A DNA stretch of 55,151 nt, from the NCBI GenBank assembly GCA_050943575.1, contig JBMNPL010000003.1, positions 1-55,151 on the forward strand, in the 5' to 3' direction. Shown piece after piece: positions 7,579 through 18,098 of this stretch. The DNA is from Alphaproteobacteria bacterium (GTDB lineage Bacteria > Pseudomonadota > Alphaproteobacteria > Rs-D84). Position 1 is the first letter of the stretch. Each line of letters starts with the position of its first letter. The notes beneath the pieces are model-generated. The model had not been told where the DNA came from. It saw only the letters and a list, made by a program, of their open reading frames with translations, and searched no databases. The translations under genes were made by a program, and so were the position numbers.

Positions 7579-9633
7579 ATGAATCCAGAAGATATGAAAG
7601 AAACACCCGAAGGGGCAATAAAAAAATATACGACTGATTTTACCGAATTGGCTGCCAATGGTAAACTAGATCCTGTTATTGGTCGTGACGAAGAAATTCG
7701 TCGTGCGATTCAGGTTTTATCTCGTCGCACGAAAAACAATCCTGTGTTAATTGGAAATGCGGGTGTTGGCAAAACTGCAATTGTTGAAGGATTGGCGAAT
7801 AGAATTATCGCAGGTGATGTACCAGAAAATTTATTGAATAAAAAATTATTATCTTTGGATATGGGTGCATTAATGGCGGGGGCTTCATTTCGTGGTCAAT
7901 TTGAAGACAGATTAAAAGCAGTTTTAAAAGCTGTCAAAGATTCTAATGGTGGAATTATATTATTTATTGATGAATTACATACAATGGTTGGTGCTGGTAA
8001 AGGTGAAGGCAGTATGGATGCTGGAAACTTGATGAAACCAATGTTGGCACGCGGAGAATTACATGCAATGGGTGCAACTACTTTGGATGAATACAGACAA
8101 TATATTGAAAAAGACCCTGCCCTGGCGCGTCGTTTTCAACCAGTATTTGTTGATGAACCATCTGTGGATGATACAATTTCTATTTTACGCGGATTAAAAG
8201 AAAAATATGAAGCTCATCATGGTGTTCGTATTTCCGACACGGCTATTGTTTCTGCTGTTCGTTTATCTGAACGTTATATCACAGACAGATTTTTACCAGA
8301 TAAAGCGATTGATTTAATGGACGAAGCAGCCGCACGTGTTCGTATAGAAGTTTCTAGCAAACCAGAAAAATTAGATGAGGTTGATCGTCGTTTAATGCAA
8401 TTAAAAATTGAGCAACAAGCATTAAAAAAAGAAAAAGATCCTGATAGCAAAAAACGTTTAATTGATTTGGAAAAATTAATCGCGGATGTAAGTGCAGAAT
8501 CAGAAACATTAACAAATGAATGGCAAGCCGAGCAGAAAAAAATGCGTGGTTTATCAGATGCGATGGCTGCACTGGATGCCGCCAAGGCCGAAGTTGCATC
8601 CGCAACACGTGCTGGTGATTTTGAAAAAGCATCTACTTTACAATATGGAAAAATTCCAGAATTAGAAAAACAAATTGAATCTGCACGTGTTGAAAAAGAA
8701 TATAAAACTGTTTTGCCAGAACATATTGCCGCAGTGGTTAGCCGTTGGACAGGTGTTCCTGCAGAAAAATTAACTGGGGATGAACAATCAAAATTATTAA
8801 ATTTAGAACAAGATTTGCAAAAACGGGTGGTTGGACAAGACAATGCAATTAATGCAGTTGCACGTGCAATTCGTCGTTCACGTGCGGGACTTTCAGACCC
8901 ACATCGTCCATCTGGTAGTTTTATGTTTTTAGGACCAACAGGTGTTGGAAAAACTGAATTGGTGAAAGCATTGGCCGAACAATTATTTAATGATGAAACT
9001 GCAATGACCAGAATTGATATGAGTGAATATATGGAACCACACAGCGTTTCACGTTTGATTGGCAGTCCCCCTGGATATGTGGGGTATGAACAAGGTGGCG
9101 CATTAACAGAATCAATTCGTCGTCGTCCATATCAAGTAATTTTATTTGATGAAATTGAAAAAGCTCATCCAGATGTATTTAACATATTTTTACAAATATT
9201 GGATGATGGGCGATTAACAGATGGTCAGGGGCGCGTTGTAAATTTTACAAATACAATAATTATTATGACTAGTAATCTAAGGGATGAAGCATCTGTAAAA
9301 AAACATTTTCGCCCAGAATTTATAAATCGCATAGATGAAATAATTTGGTTTAATCCACTTGGTAAAAATGTTATGCCAGAGATTGTCAAAATCCAACTTC
9401 GTAATTTAGAAAAACGTTTAATACAACGCAGAATAACATTAAATGTTTCAGATAAAGCGATTTCTTGGCTGGGGGAACATGGATACGATCCAAATTATGG
9501 TGCACGTCCATTAAAACGTTTAATTATGTCAACACTAGAAGATCCGATAGCAGATAAAATATTATCTGGTAAAATTAAAGATGGTGATACAGTAAACGTT
9601 GATGTACAAGGTAAAAAACTTATAATATCATAA
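7579..9633 (+). CDS. clpB: ATP-dependent chaperone ClpB lacking the N-terminal domain
   Basis: 684 aa. It begins just before [28 protein letters not shown], the NBD1 entry motif. It has two Walker A sites ([18 protein letters not shown]) and the ClpB-specific coiled-coil M-domain. Confidence 0.92.
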   Translation: MNPEDMKETPEGAIKKYTTDFTELAANGKLDPVIGRDEEIRRAIQVLSRRTKNNPVLIGNAGVGKTAIVEGLANRIIAGDVPENLLNKKLLSLDMGALMAGASFRGQFEDRLKAVLKAVKDSNGGIILFIDELHTMVGAGKGEGSMDAGNLMKPMLARGELHAMGATTLDEYRQYIEKDPALARRFQPVFVDEPSVDDTISILRGLKEKYEAHHGVRISDTAIVSAVRLSERYITDRFLPDKAIDLMDEAAARVRIEVSSKPEKLDEVDRRLMQLKIEQQALKKEKDPDSKKRLIDLEKLIADVSAESETLTNEWQAEQKKMRGLSDAMAALDAAKAEVASATRAGDFEKASTLQYGKIPELEKQIESARVEKEYKTVLPEHIAAVVSRWTGVPAEKLTGDEQSKLLNLEQDLQKRVVGQDNAINAVARAIRRSRAGLSDPHRPSGSFMFLGPTGVGKTELVKALAEQLFNDETAMTRIDMSEYMEPHSVSRLIGSPPGYVGYEQGGALTESIRRRPYQVILFDEIEKAHPDVFNIFLQILDDGRLTDGQGRVVNFTNTIIIMTSNLRDEASVKKHFRPEFINRIDEIIWFNPLGKNVMPEIVKIQLRNLEKRLIQRRITLNVSDKAISWLGEHGYDPNYGARPLKRLIMSTLEDPIADKILSGKIKDGDTVNVDVQGKKLIIS

Positions 9634-9634
9634 T

Positions 9635-9666
9635 AAAAAAAATCCCGCAAGTATGCGGGTTTTTTA
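9635..9666. terminator. Bidirectional Rho-independent terminator
   Basis: aaaaaaaa-tcccgca-agta-tgcggg-tttttt lies between the convergent clpB and the 120-aa ORF. Confidence 0.75.
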
Positions 9667-10026
9667 TTTTGGTGCCAATGTAAATCTGGCATTTAATGGA
9701 TCAGTTGATACTATTTCTATTCGTAAAATATTTCCATCACGGGTAAAGATTTGCATTTTGCGTTCATCTGTTATATTTTTCCATCCCAATTCATCCAAAG
9801 CATCACGATAAAAACGTTGAAATTGACGTCTGGAAATTTCATCACTGGCAACTGTTGTTTGTGCGATTTTTCCATCTGGCTGAGAATACACAAACCCATC
9901 ATCTTCAATTATATAAGTTTTTTCCATTTTTGGAATATCTTCAAAATTGGGCAACCATTCATCAGCATTTGCCACACCTATACATAAAGCAAAAATCAAA
10001 GAACTAAAAGCAATTATTTTCTTCAT
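9664..10026 (-). CDS. Small secreted hypothetical protein
   Basis: 120 aa with signal peptide MKKIIAFSSLIFALCIGVANA. I recognise no family. Confidence 0.6.
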   Translation of the reverse strand: MKKIIAFSSLIFALCIGVANADEWLPNFEDIPKMEKTYIIEDDGFVYSQPDGKIAQTTVASDEISRRQFQRFYRDALDELGWKNITDERKMQIFTRDGNILRIEIVSTDPLNARFTLAPK

Positions 10027-10090
10027 TATTTATATAATATCATAAATAAAAAACACGTGCAATCGTATTTATAAAATGATATAATAAAAT

Positions 10091-11872
10091 ATGAAAAATA
10101 TAGAGATGAGAATGAGAACATTAATTAATATTGCTATAATTTCGACTGTTTTTTTAGGGACAAATGTTTTTGCGGCAAATATTTCACCAAATAACCGCGC
10201 ACGTCCAGGTTCTGTTAAAGGTTTTATAATTACCAATCAAACACAACAAGTCAAAACCATTACTGAACAAGGTCCTTATACAACACCAGGGTTAGATATC
10301 CATAATTGTCCAGGGTGCAGACCTGCACCACATATTACTGGGATCCCAAATTCTGAATGTGGTGAAATATTACCAACATTGGGTGTTGATATATGTATTG
10401 CACGTAAAGCATGTTCAGGTATTCAAATTAATGGACATAGTGGTATTTTTGACGAAACAACAACAACATGTAAAATTCCTGTTTGTGCATATAATTGGTC
10501 TGGGATAATAAAAAAAGATACAGAAGACGTCTGCACTTATGTTGATATGAATAAAGTTATTACTTGTAATGCTGATTTATTTGAACAAATAGATTCCATG
10601 CGCAGAACCAGTCAATGGGTTGTTCCTTTGGCAGTTGCAGGTGGTGCTGGCATAGGTACAGGTGTTGGTGCACTTATTGATAACAAACAAAATAAAAAAG
10701 CGGAAAATTTAGCATTAATTGCTGATGAAGTCGGGGCCAAATTTGATAAAACTATTACATTTGCTGGAAAAAATTATAAACTTCCCGAAGATGCTGATGA
10801 ATTAAAAGTTGCTATAAAAGCTAATCATGATTTAAAAGCAAAAATAAATAAAGTAAATACTTTGATTGATGAATGCACTAAAAATATGTTTGTAGAATTA
10901 ACATCTAATACAGTAAACGGCAAACCTAAATGGGGTCGTATAAAATTAACCAATGGTTCAGATTGTGCATCTAGTGATCATGATGTTAATAAAGTTAAGT
11001 ATTGTCAATTTCAAAATCCTCATAGTGGCACCAATAGTAAAGCTGATTGTGCAAAAAATTTATATAAAGAAACACCTTTTAATGACGACTATCTTAAAAG
11101 TGTAAATAGCACAAATCCGATAAGTAGCTATTTTAACTCTTGGGGAAATTGGGGACGTGACGCAACATGTTATTTTCGTGATAGTTTAGGTTCTGGCGAA
11201 GCTAATGTTCATGCAACAATTCAATCTGATTTAGCAACTATAGAATTTTTGAAAAATTATATACAAACTTTTTCAAATGATCCTGATAGACAAATTTTGG
11301 TTAATTTGCTAAAAAAATTTAAATTTGAATCTAATTTTTCAACTTCTGGTGCAAGTAATGTGAATAAAGATATTTTAAATTGGGTTATTGTTAAAAGTGA
11401 AGACAATACAAAATTTAATATTATCTCTGGTGGAAGTTGTAATACTAGAGAACTAGATAATATTTTAAATATTAATAACACAAACTCTATGTCAAGTGGT
11501 GCATCAAGTAATATTTTATTCGAAGCATTTGGTGCATTAAGTGTGTTAAAAAGCATCGGGGTTTCTTTAAGTGATGATTTAAATACATTATTAAACACTT
11601 TAATATTAAGCGATGAAATTTTAGAAATTAAAGGTTTGGGAGATAGTATCAGAAGTGAACTTGGAGCAGATCGCCCATTCTTTAAAACAGCCAAGGGACG
11701 TGGGTTATTAATCGGTTCTGGTGTCGGTGCAGTTGCAGGACTGGGATACTGGTTCGCCGAAGGTGCAGGAACTTTCTGTGATGTAGGCGGATTAGAACAA
11801 GTAAAATTGAAAAAAAGTTATTCTATACCATCATTCCGCGATTACTTAATAAATAAAGGGTTTATAAAATAG
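10091..11872 (+). CDS. Secreted Cys-containing protein with two glycine-zipper hydrophobic segments
   Basis: 593 aa with signal peptide ...ISTVFLGTNVFA and an N-terminal Cys cluster. Segments are VPLAVAGGAGIGTGVGALIDNKQNKKAENLA and GLLIGSGVGAVAGLGYWFAEGAG. Confidence 0.7.
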   Translation: MKNIEMRMRTLINIAIISTVFLGTNVFAANISPNNRARPGSVKGFIITNQTQQVKTITEQGPYTTPGLDIHNCPGCRPAPHITGIPNSECGEILPTLGVDICIARKACSGIQINGHSGIFDETTTTCKIPVCAYNWSGIIKKDTEDVCTYVDMNKVITCNADLFEQIDSMRRTSQWVVPLAVAGGAGIGTGVGALIDNKQNKKAENLALIADEVGAKFDKTITFAGKNYKLPEDADELKVAIKANHDLKAKINKVNTLIDECTKNMFVELTSNTVNGKPKWGRIKLTNGSDCASSDHDVNKVKYCQFQNPHSGTNSKADCAKNLYKETPFNDDYLKSVNSTNPISSYFNSWGNWGRDATCYFRDSLGSGEANVHATIQSDLATIEFLKNYIQTFSNDPDRQILVNLLKKFKFESNFSTSGASNVNKDILNWVIVKSEDNTKFNIISGGSCNTRELDNILNINNTNSMSSGASSNILFEAFGALSVLKSIGVSLSDDLNTLLNTLILSDEILEIKGLGDSIRSELGADRPFFKTAKGRGLLIGSGVGAVAGLGYWFAEGAGTFCDVGGLEQVKLKKSYSIPSFRDYLINKGFIK

Positions 11873-12050
11873 TGGTTAGTGTAGTTCATAAAATAATATC
11901 TCTTTCTTTACAAATATAAATCCGTGCACTCCTGCGTAGGCAGGAGCGAGTCTTTTAACCTTTTAATTTCTTGATTTATGATATATTCGTAATTAGATAT
12001 GGATATTCTATCCCCCCTAACCACAAACACTAACACTGGCCACTAACCAA
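11870..12050. repeat. Modular intergenic repeat, locus R1
   Basis: Left block tagtggttagtgtagt, hairpin ctcctgc-gtag-gcaggag (11929-11946), and right block cctaaccacaaacactaacactggccactaacc. The segment 11929-12000 is an inverted near-copy of 19478-19545. Confidence 0.85.
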
Positions 12051-13848
12051 TAAGTTTCTGCCAGATTGTTTTTTTCTGAACTGGCTTTTGTATCGATTTG
12101 CGTTTTTTACGACGCGGTGCATTTTGAGTTGTTTTTCTAGCCTCGATATGTTCAGCATTTTTCTTTTTTACATCTGTACTGGGGGCATGAATATTTAATA
12201 CTTCATCAGTTTTAACAATTTCCGGTTGAACACGTTGTATTGAATATTGATCTATATTCATCAAACTATCATCGCCAATTATAACAATTTCAGTATTAAA
12301 TTCTTGCTCCATCGCGGACAATTCAGATTTTTTCGCATTTAATAAATAAATTGCAACATCAGTTGGAACATTTATTATTATTTTTTGCGCTGATTTTGCT
12401 AATAATTTCTCTTGTAAATGTCTGAATAAAATAATCGCCGCAGTTTGAATACTGGGAACAACCCCTGCCCCCATACAATGTGGACATTGCACATAACTAC
12501 TTTCTATAAAACTACTGCGTAAACGTTGACGCGATAACATTAAAACTCCAAAATTATTTATCCTAGAAATTTGTATTCGGGCGCGATCTTTTTTCATAAC
12601 TTCCCGCATTTTCATTTCTAATTTACGATTATGACGCTCTTCTTCCATATCAATAAAGTCAATCGCTATAATCCCTGCTAAATCACGTAAACGTAATTGT
12701 AACGCGATTTCTTCAGCGGCTTCCATATTTGTATTTAATGCGGTTGCTTCTATATCTTTTTCTTTAATAGCACGTGATGAATTAACATCAATTGTAACCA
12801 TTGCTTCTGTGGAGTTTATTACAAGGCTACCGCCAGATTTTAATTGCACATATGGTCCGTGTAATCCTTCAAGTTGTTGTTCTACACCAGCCTTTACAAA
12901 TAAAGGAACAGCTTTATCTTTGTATTCAGTAATCTGTCCTTTGGGTATACGACGACCATGCATTTGCTTGTAATAACTTATCGCGGCATCGTATGCTTCA
13001 TCACCCTGCACTACTAGCGTATCTTCGGCATCACTAATAAAATCACGAACGACGCGACGCAATAATGAATCTTCAGTATGAATAGCCGCAGGTGCCACAG
13101 ATTCCAAAGTTGTTGTTCTGATTTCATTCCATAATTTAACTAAATAATCATAATCTTTGACAATTTCTTCACCTGTTGCCCCGAATGCAGCAGTACGTAA
13201 AACAACAGTCATACCACGTGGAATTTTCAAACTATGTAAAATCTCACGCAAACGTGCACGTTCGGGTCTATCGCCAATTTTTTTAGAAATACCATAAGAA
13301 TTACGTTTTCTGCTATTTGGCATCAAAACTGCAAAACGACCCGCTAATGACAAATATGTTGTCATTGCCGCACCTTTTTGCCCACGTTCTTCTTTGACCC
13401 CTTGGATTAATAAAATCTGTTTAGGTTTAATTACATCTTGAATTTTAAATTCTTGTGCGCGTTTTTGAAATTCTTTATTATCTTCACCCGCATCGTTATC
13501 ATCATATTCTATAACTTCAGCATCTTCATTTGGATCATCGTCATAATCAACAACAGGTACATGATCCATTTCCATCAGCTTTTTTTTCTGTTCCGCTGAA
13601 ACTTGATAATAATCTGGATGAATTTCAGAAAATGGTAAGAATCCGTTTTTACCCGTCCCGTAATCAACAAAAGCAGCCTGTAATGAAGGTTCAACCCTGA
13701 TTACTTTTGCTAGGTAAATATTGCCTTTAATCTGTGGTTTAGTTGTTGTTTCTACATCAAACTCGGAAACACGATTGTTTGTCGAATCTACAACCACAAC
13801 CCTTGTTTCTTCCGGGTGGGCTGCATCCACGTATATTTTTTTGCTCAT
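12043..13848 (-). CDS. rne: Ribonuclease E (short form, catalytic N-terminal half plus basic tail)
   Basis: 601 aa. The S1 domain start is GNIYLAKVIRVEPSLQAAFVDYG. An acidic insertion (DYDDDPNEDAEVIEYDDNDAGED) follows, then the catalytic core (IDVNSSR...). The C-terminus is K/R-rich. Confidence 0.88.
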   Translation of the reverse strand: MSKKIYVDAAHPEETRVVVVDSTNNRVSEFDVETTTKPQIKGNIYLAKVIRVEPSLQAAFVDYGTGKNGFLPFSEIHPDYYQVSAEQKKKLMEMDHVPVVDYDDDPNEDAEVIEYDDNDAGEDNKEFQKRAQEFKIQDVIKPKQILLIQGVKEERGQKGAAMTTYLSLAGRFAVLMPNSRKRNSYGISKKIGDRPERARLREILHSLKIPRGMTVVLRTAAFGATGEEIVKDYDYLVKLWNEIRTTTLESVAPAAIHTEDSLLRRVVRDFISDAEDTLVVQGDEAYDAAISYYKQMHGRRIPKGQITEYKDKAVPLFVKAGVEQQLEGLHGPYVQLKSGGSLVINSTEAMVTIDVNSSRAIKEKDIEATALNTNMEAAEEIALQLRLRDLAGIIAIDFIDMEEERHNRKLEMKMREVMKKDRARIQISRINNFGVLMLSRQRLRSSFIESSYVQCPHCMGAGVVPSIQTAAIILFRHLQEKLLAKSAQKIIINVPTDVAIYLLNAKKSELSAMEQEFNTEIVIIGDDSLMNIDQYSIQRVQPEIVKTDEVLNIHAPSTDVKKKNAEHIEARKTTQNAPRRKKRKSIQKPVQKKTIWQKLIG

Positions 13849-14056
13849 TTATAAATCCTTTTGTATTTGTGGCAAACATAAATATGGTTTCAATCTGTCC
13901 CCATGAGCCTGTGGCCATTCCAGAGGAACGCATAAATAAAATAACACAAAATGCGACACAAATTGAAAAAATTAGAGATAAAAATAACATCCCAATTCAC
14001 CCATTTTTAAGTTGCAATATTGATGGTATCATGGAAAATTATAACAGACAAGTAAT

Positions 14057-15079
14057 TTATTTTTTTCGCAGTTTTTTCGGTATTTTTGGACGTGGTAATT
14101 TATGAACAAATGCGGATGCTTCGGCTGCCCATTTTTTCATTTTAACACGCAACCAGTTTTCATAAATAAAGAACAGACCGCCTGCCCCAATTAATGGTAA
14201 AACATTATAAATTATGCGATATGCTAATAATACGCCAAAAACAGTAGCACGATCAATATCGCTGGGTAATGCTAATAAAAATATACTTTCAAAAACTCCA
14301 ATTCCTGCGGGAACTTGACTAAATACCCCCGCAACCTGAGAAATTACAAAAACACCTATGAAGAAAGTAATTGGAATTTTTACAAATGGTATTAAACAAA
14401 AATACAGAACCATTCCCGCTAAAACTGTATCTAACATCCCGATTAACATTTGATAAAATGCTTCTTTTGTTTTAGGAATTTGAAAATGTATTTCACCTAT
14501 TTTTACTACTTTATTTCTAAAAAATATAGTCATTGCAAAATATAAAATTACAGATACAAGACAAAAAATAAATAACCCATTTAGACCAATGCTAACACCA
14601 ACAGAATCTGCAAATAAATCTCGTGGAACTAAAAAATATCCCAGAATAACAATCGCAGAGCAGCCTAAAAAGTAAGTAAATCCATTAAAAGTCAGCATTT
14701 TTACTATATCGCCTGCATTAATGCGCCAACGCGTATAAAGTCTGTATCTGATTGCACCACCAGAAACAACAGCATGTCCAGCATTATTTGATATAGCAAA
14801 TCCCAACATGCCAGCCAGCATCCATTTCCACCAACTGACCATTTTTCCAACATAACGCAATGCCAGATAGTCATAAAAACTAAGAGCAACATACCCCAAC
14901 AAGCATGCAACAGATGCCCAAACTAGATTTATAAATGGAATTTGTAACAATGAGTTTATTATTTCAGATAATGAATAATTGCGTAATTGCCAATAAAGCA
15001 TCCCGACCGCAATAATAAAAAAGAAAATACCCGACCAAGAAATAATTTTTTTAATTAATCTTTTCGCTTTTGCTGACAA
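14057..15079 (-). CDS. Polytopic membrane protein, LPG-synthase-TM/UPF0104 (flippase-like) type
   Basis: 340 aa with about 8 predicted TM helices and basic termini. The overall pattern resembles the MprF N-terminal/UPF0104 family. This assignment was made by eye only. Confidence 0.5.
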   Translation of the reverse strand: MSAKAKRLIKKIISWSGIFFFIIAVGMLYWQLRNYSLSEIINSLLQIPFINLVWASVACLLGYVALSFYDYLALRYVGKMVSWWKWMLAGMLGFAISNNAGHAVVSGGAIRYRLYTRWRINAGDIVKMLTFNGFTYFLGCSAIVILGYFLVPRDLFADSVGVSIGLNGLFIFCLVSVILYFAMTIFFRNKVVKIGEIHFQIPKTKEAFYQMLIGMLDTVLAGMVLYFCLIPFVKIPITFFIGVFVISQVAGVFSQVPAGIGVFESIFLLALPSDIDRATVFGVLLAYRIIYNVLPLIGAGGLFFIYENWLRVKMKKWAAEASAFVHKLPRPKIPKKLRKK

Positions 15080-15140
15080 ATTTTATCCTTTTTATACGAC
15101 AGAACAAAATAATACCTTGTTTTATTACTCAGGTCAAGAA

Positions 15141-15300
15141 GTGTAAATTTGTGATTAGTGATAGTGTTTGTGGTTAATAATTATTTAAATTAATTAATGT
15201 TTAATAAACTCATTTCGTTTTTTATTTATTATTTTTGCAATTAATACATTTCCCCCTTGTGTCATTCCTGCGTAAGCAGAAATATAAGGACTTAACTTTT
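15141..15300. repeat. Modular intergenic repeat, locus R2 (decayed)
   Basis: Block gtgtaaatttgtgattagtgatagtgtttgtggtta and a degenerate hairpin gtcattcctgc-gtaa-gcagaaat (15261-15283). Confidence 0.7.
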
Positions 15301-15348
15301 ATTCATAATGCAAAATCAATATACTAAATTAAAAACACAAACCGCTAT

Positions 15349-15528
15349 TTATAGTCCATAATTACCACGTGGATGACCAAATCTATTAATATACTGGGAA
15401 TATCTTTCATCCTGTTTTTGTCTTTCTTTTTCTAAATCAGAAAATTGGGCTTTTCCAGCTTTGCGTTTTTTTAATTGTTCTAATTCTTGTTTTGCTTTTT
15501 CTATTCTTTTTTTATCTTTTTCTGCCAT
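15349..15528 (-). CDS. Small basic/coiled hypothetical protein (59 aa), absent from ORF track
   Basis: ATG preceded by a strong SD (aaggagtaaataATG). Translation is MAEKDKKRIEKAKQELEQLKKRKAGKAQFSDLEKERQKQDERYSQYINRFGHPRGNYGL. It falls below the 60-aa track cutoff. Confidence 0.55.
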   Translation of the reverse strand: MAEKDKKRIEKAKQELEQLKKRKAGKAQFSDLEKERQKQDERYSQYINRFGHPRGNYGL

Positions 15529-15647
15529 TATTTACTCCTTTGATACACTTAGTATTTTATATAAAAAAGGCATATTTTTCAATAAAATTATATTTACAAT
15601 ACAATTTGACATATATATAATAACAAAATAGTGAAAAAGGAATTTTA

Positions 15648-16361
15648 ATGAGACCAAGTTTAAGACAAAATAATCAAATTCGCCCTGTAACAATTGAAAC
15701 AAATATTAATAAATGGGCCGAAGGTTCATGTTTAATTAAAATTGGCGGAACTCATGTTATTTGCACCGCATCAATAGATTTTAATCAACCATTATGGAAA
15801 CGTCAGCAAAATAAAACAGGTGGTTGGATTACAGCAGAATATAATATGTTGCCACGCGCTGTTGAAACTCGTAAAGGACGCGAGCAAATATTGCGTGATC
15901 ATCGCAGTGCAGAAATTACTCGTTTAATTGGCCGTGCTTTTCGCAGTGTTTGCGATATGGAAAAATTAGGCAAACATACAATAACTATTGATTGCGATGT
16001 AATTCAAGCGGATGGAGGAACACGTTGCGCGGCAATTACTGGTGGCTTTATTGCATTATCTCAGGCTGTAAATTGGTTGTTAAATAAAGGGCGCATAAAT
16101 GAAAACCCTATTTCAGATTTTGTTGCTGCCATTAGTGCCGGTATTTATAATAATGAATTAGTTTTAGATTTAGATTTTGAAGAAGATTCCATAGCAGAAT
16201 TGGACGCAAATTTTGTTATAAGTGGTAATGGTAAATTTATAGAAATACAAGCGACCGGTGAAGAACATCCGTTTGATGCTGATAAAATGCCTGAATTGAT
16301 GAAATTAGCCGCCACAGGTTGTGCGAAATTAATTGAATTACAAAAACAAGTATTAGTATAA
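15648..16361 (+). CDS. rph: Ribonuclease PH
   Basis: 237 aa: MRPSLRQNNQIRPVTIETN...AEGSCLIKIGGTHVICTAS and ...DCDVIQADGGTRCAAITGG, the RNase PH signatures. Confidence 0.93.
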   Translation: MRPSLRQNNQIRPVTIETNINKWAEGSCLIKIGGTHVICTASIDFNQPLWKRQQNKTGGWITAEYNMLPRAVETRKGREQILRDHRSAEITRLIGRAFRSVCDMEKLGKHTITIDCDVIQADGGTRCAAITGGFIALSQAVNWLLNKGRINENPISDFVAAISAGIYNNELVLDLDFEEDSIAELDANFVISGNGKFIEIQATGEEHPFDADKMPELMKLAATGCAKLIELQKQVLV

Positions 16362-16363
16362 AT

Positions 16364-16431
16364 AGTTAGTGTTTGTGATTTGTAGAGATATTTTTTACAT
16401 ATCTAATTACCACAAACACCAAGCACTAATT
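16364..16431. repeat. Modular intergenic repeat, locus R3 (minimal inverted-block form)
   Basis: agttagtgtttgtgatttgt ... accacaaacaccaagcactaat flank an inner hairpin agatat-tttttac-atatct. The locus fills the whole gap between convergent rph and groEL. Confidence 0.8.
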
Positions 16432-18056
16432 TACATCATCCCAGGCATACCACCACCAGCCATTTGTGGCATTGGTTTTTCTTCTGGAATTTCGGTTAAT
16501 ACTGCACCAGTTGTCAGCACCGCACCCGCGACAGATGCCGCTGATTGTAATGCGATTTTTACAACCTTGGCTGGATCAATAATACCCATTTTCAGCATAT
16601 CACCATATTCACCAGTTTGTGCGTTATATCCATGATTATAGTCTTTGGATGATAATGCACGATCTGCGATTACTTCTCCGGATATACCAGCATTATTAGA
16701 AATCTGAATCATTGGTGCAGATAAAGCCGCCGATACAACGGAAACACCTGCGATTTGATCAGTATTCATATTTGCTGTAAATTTATCATCTAATACAGAC
16801 TTTGCGCGTGCCAATGCAACACCACCACCTGGGACAATTCCTTCGGCAACTGCCGCACGTGTTGCGGATAATGCATCATCAACGCGATCTTTTTTCTCTT
16901 TAACTTCTATTTCGGTCATGCCACCAACTTTGATAACTGCAACACCACCGACTAAACGTGCCAAACGTTCGCTTAATTTTTCACGATCGTATTCTGAAGT
17001 AGTTTTTTCCAAGGCAATTCTGATTTCATCTGCACGCGCCTTGATTTTATCTTTATCACCTGCCCCATCAACGATTAAAGTTGCATCTTTGGAAACAACG
17101 ATTCGTTTTGCACTTCCCAAAACAGCAGTAGTTATATTTTCAAAAGACATTCCTAAATCATCAGAAACTACTTGAGCACCTGTTAAAACGGCGATATCTT
17201 TTAACATTTCTTTACGACGATCGCCAAATCCTGGGGCCTTGACCGCACAAACTTTTAATCCGCCACGTAAACGATTTAGAATTAAAGTTGCTAATGCTTC
17301 TGATTCAACATCATCAGCAATAATTAATAATGGTTTACCACTTTGTGCAACAGGTTCTAGAATTGGCAATAATGATTGCAATCCTGTAATTTTCTTTTCA
17401 GAAACTAATATTTGCGCATTTTCTAGTTCCGCCAGCATTTTTTCGCTATTAGTTACAAAATAAGGTGATAAAAACCCTTGATCAAATTGCATACCTTCTA
17501 CGACATCAATTGTTGTTTCTAAACCTTTGGCTTCTTCAACGGTTATGACACCTTCTTTACCAACACGTTCCATAGCATCAGCAATTTGGCGTCCTAGATC
17601 TTCGTCACCATTTGCAGATATAGTTGCAACTTGCGCAATTTCTTTATCATCTTTGACAGGTTTTGCATTTTTTTCAATATCTGCAACAACTGCAACAACT
17701 GCCGCATCAATACCACGTTTAACATCCATCGGATTTGAACCAGTTGCGACAATTTTGCGTCCTTCCTTGATTAATTTTTGTGCAAGAAGTGTTGCTGTGG
17801 TTGTTCCATCACCGGCTTTATCTCCGGCTTTCTTGGCTGCTTCTTGGACAAGTTTTGCACCAATATTTTCTTGGGGATCTTTTAATGAAACTTCTTTTGC
17901 TACAGATACACCATCTTTGGTTGCAACAGGCGCACCATAAGATTTTTCAATCACAACTGTGCGTCCTTTTGGACCCATAGTAATTTTTACAGCATTTGCA
18001 AGTTTATCAACACCCATAACTAATTTATCAGTATCAAAATTTATTTCTTTCGCCAT
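16431..18056 (-). CDS. groL: Chaperonin GroEL
   Basis: 541 aa with [13 protein letters not shown] and a C-terminal GGGMPGMM tail. It is directly downstream of groES. Confidence 0.97.
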   Translation of the reverse strand: MAKEINFDTDKLVMGVDKLANAVKITMGPKGRTVVIEKSYGAPVATKDGVSVAKEVSLKDPQENIGAKLVQEAAKKAGDKAGDGTTTATLLAQKLIKEGRKIVATGSNPMDVKRGIDAAVVAVVADIEKNAKPVKDDKEIAQVATISANGDEDLGRQIADAMERVGKEGVITVEEAKGLETTIDVVEGMQFDQGFLSPYFVTNSEKMLAELENAQILVSEKKITGLQSLLPILEPVAQSGKPLLIIADDVESEALATLILNRLRGGLKVCAVKAPGFGDRRKEMLKDIAVLTGAQVVSDDLGMSFENITTAVLGSAKRIVVSKDATLIVDGAGDKDKIKARADEIRIALEKTTSEYDREKLSERLARLVGGVAVIKVGGMTEIEVKEKKDRVDDALSATRAAVAEGIVPGGGVALARAKSVLDDKFTANMNTDQIAGVSVVSAALSAPMIQISNNAGISGEVIADRALSSKDYNHGYNAQTGEYGDMLKMGIIDPAKVVKIALQSAASVAGAVLTTGAVLTEIPEEKPMPQMAGGGMPGMM

Positions 18057-18098
18057 TTGTTTTACTCCTTGTTTATCTTTTCGCGTTACGCATTACGA

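Noticed and set aside
8274-8843. 189-aa and 92-aa ORFs antisense to clpB
   Set aside because: They are antisense run-ons inside a well-supported conserved CDS, with no independent signals.
13849-14056. Structured rne 5' UTR autoregulatory element, and an S6:S18-binding leader upstream of rpsF (2281-2340, small hairpin gttgca-tgg-tgcaac)
   Set aside because: Both are plausible from known biology, since RNase E and S6:S18 autoregulate through leaders. I cannot identify the conserved structures by eye, so I do not report them as features.
16369-18056. Several 66-137-aa plus-strand ORFs antisense to groEL (16369-16635, 16918-17175, 17239-17463, 17527-17940, 17780-17980)
   Set aside because: These are typical stop-poor antisense frames of a highly conserved, less AT-rich gene. 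Their translations are Ser/Thr/Ala-rich with no start context.
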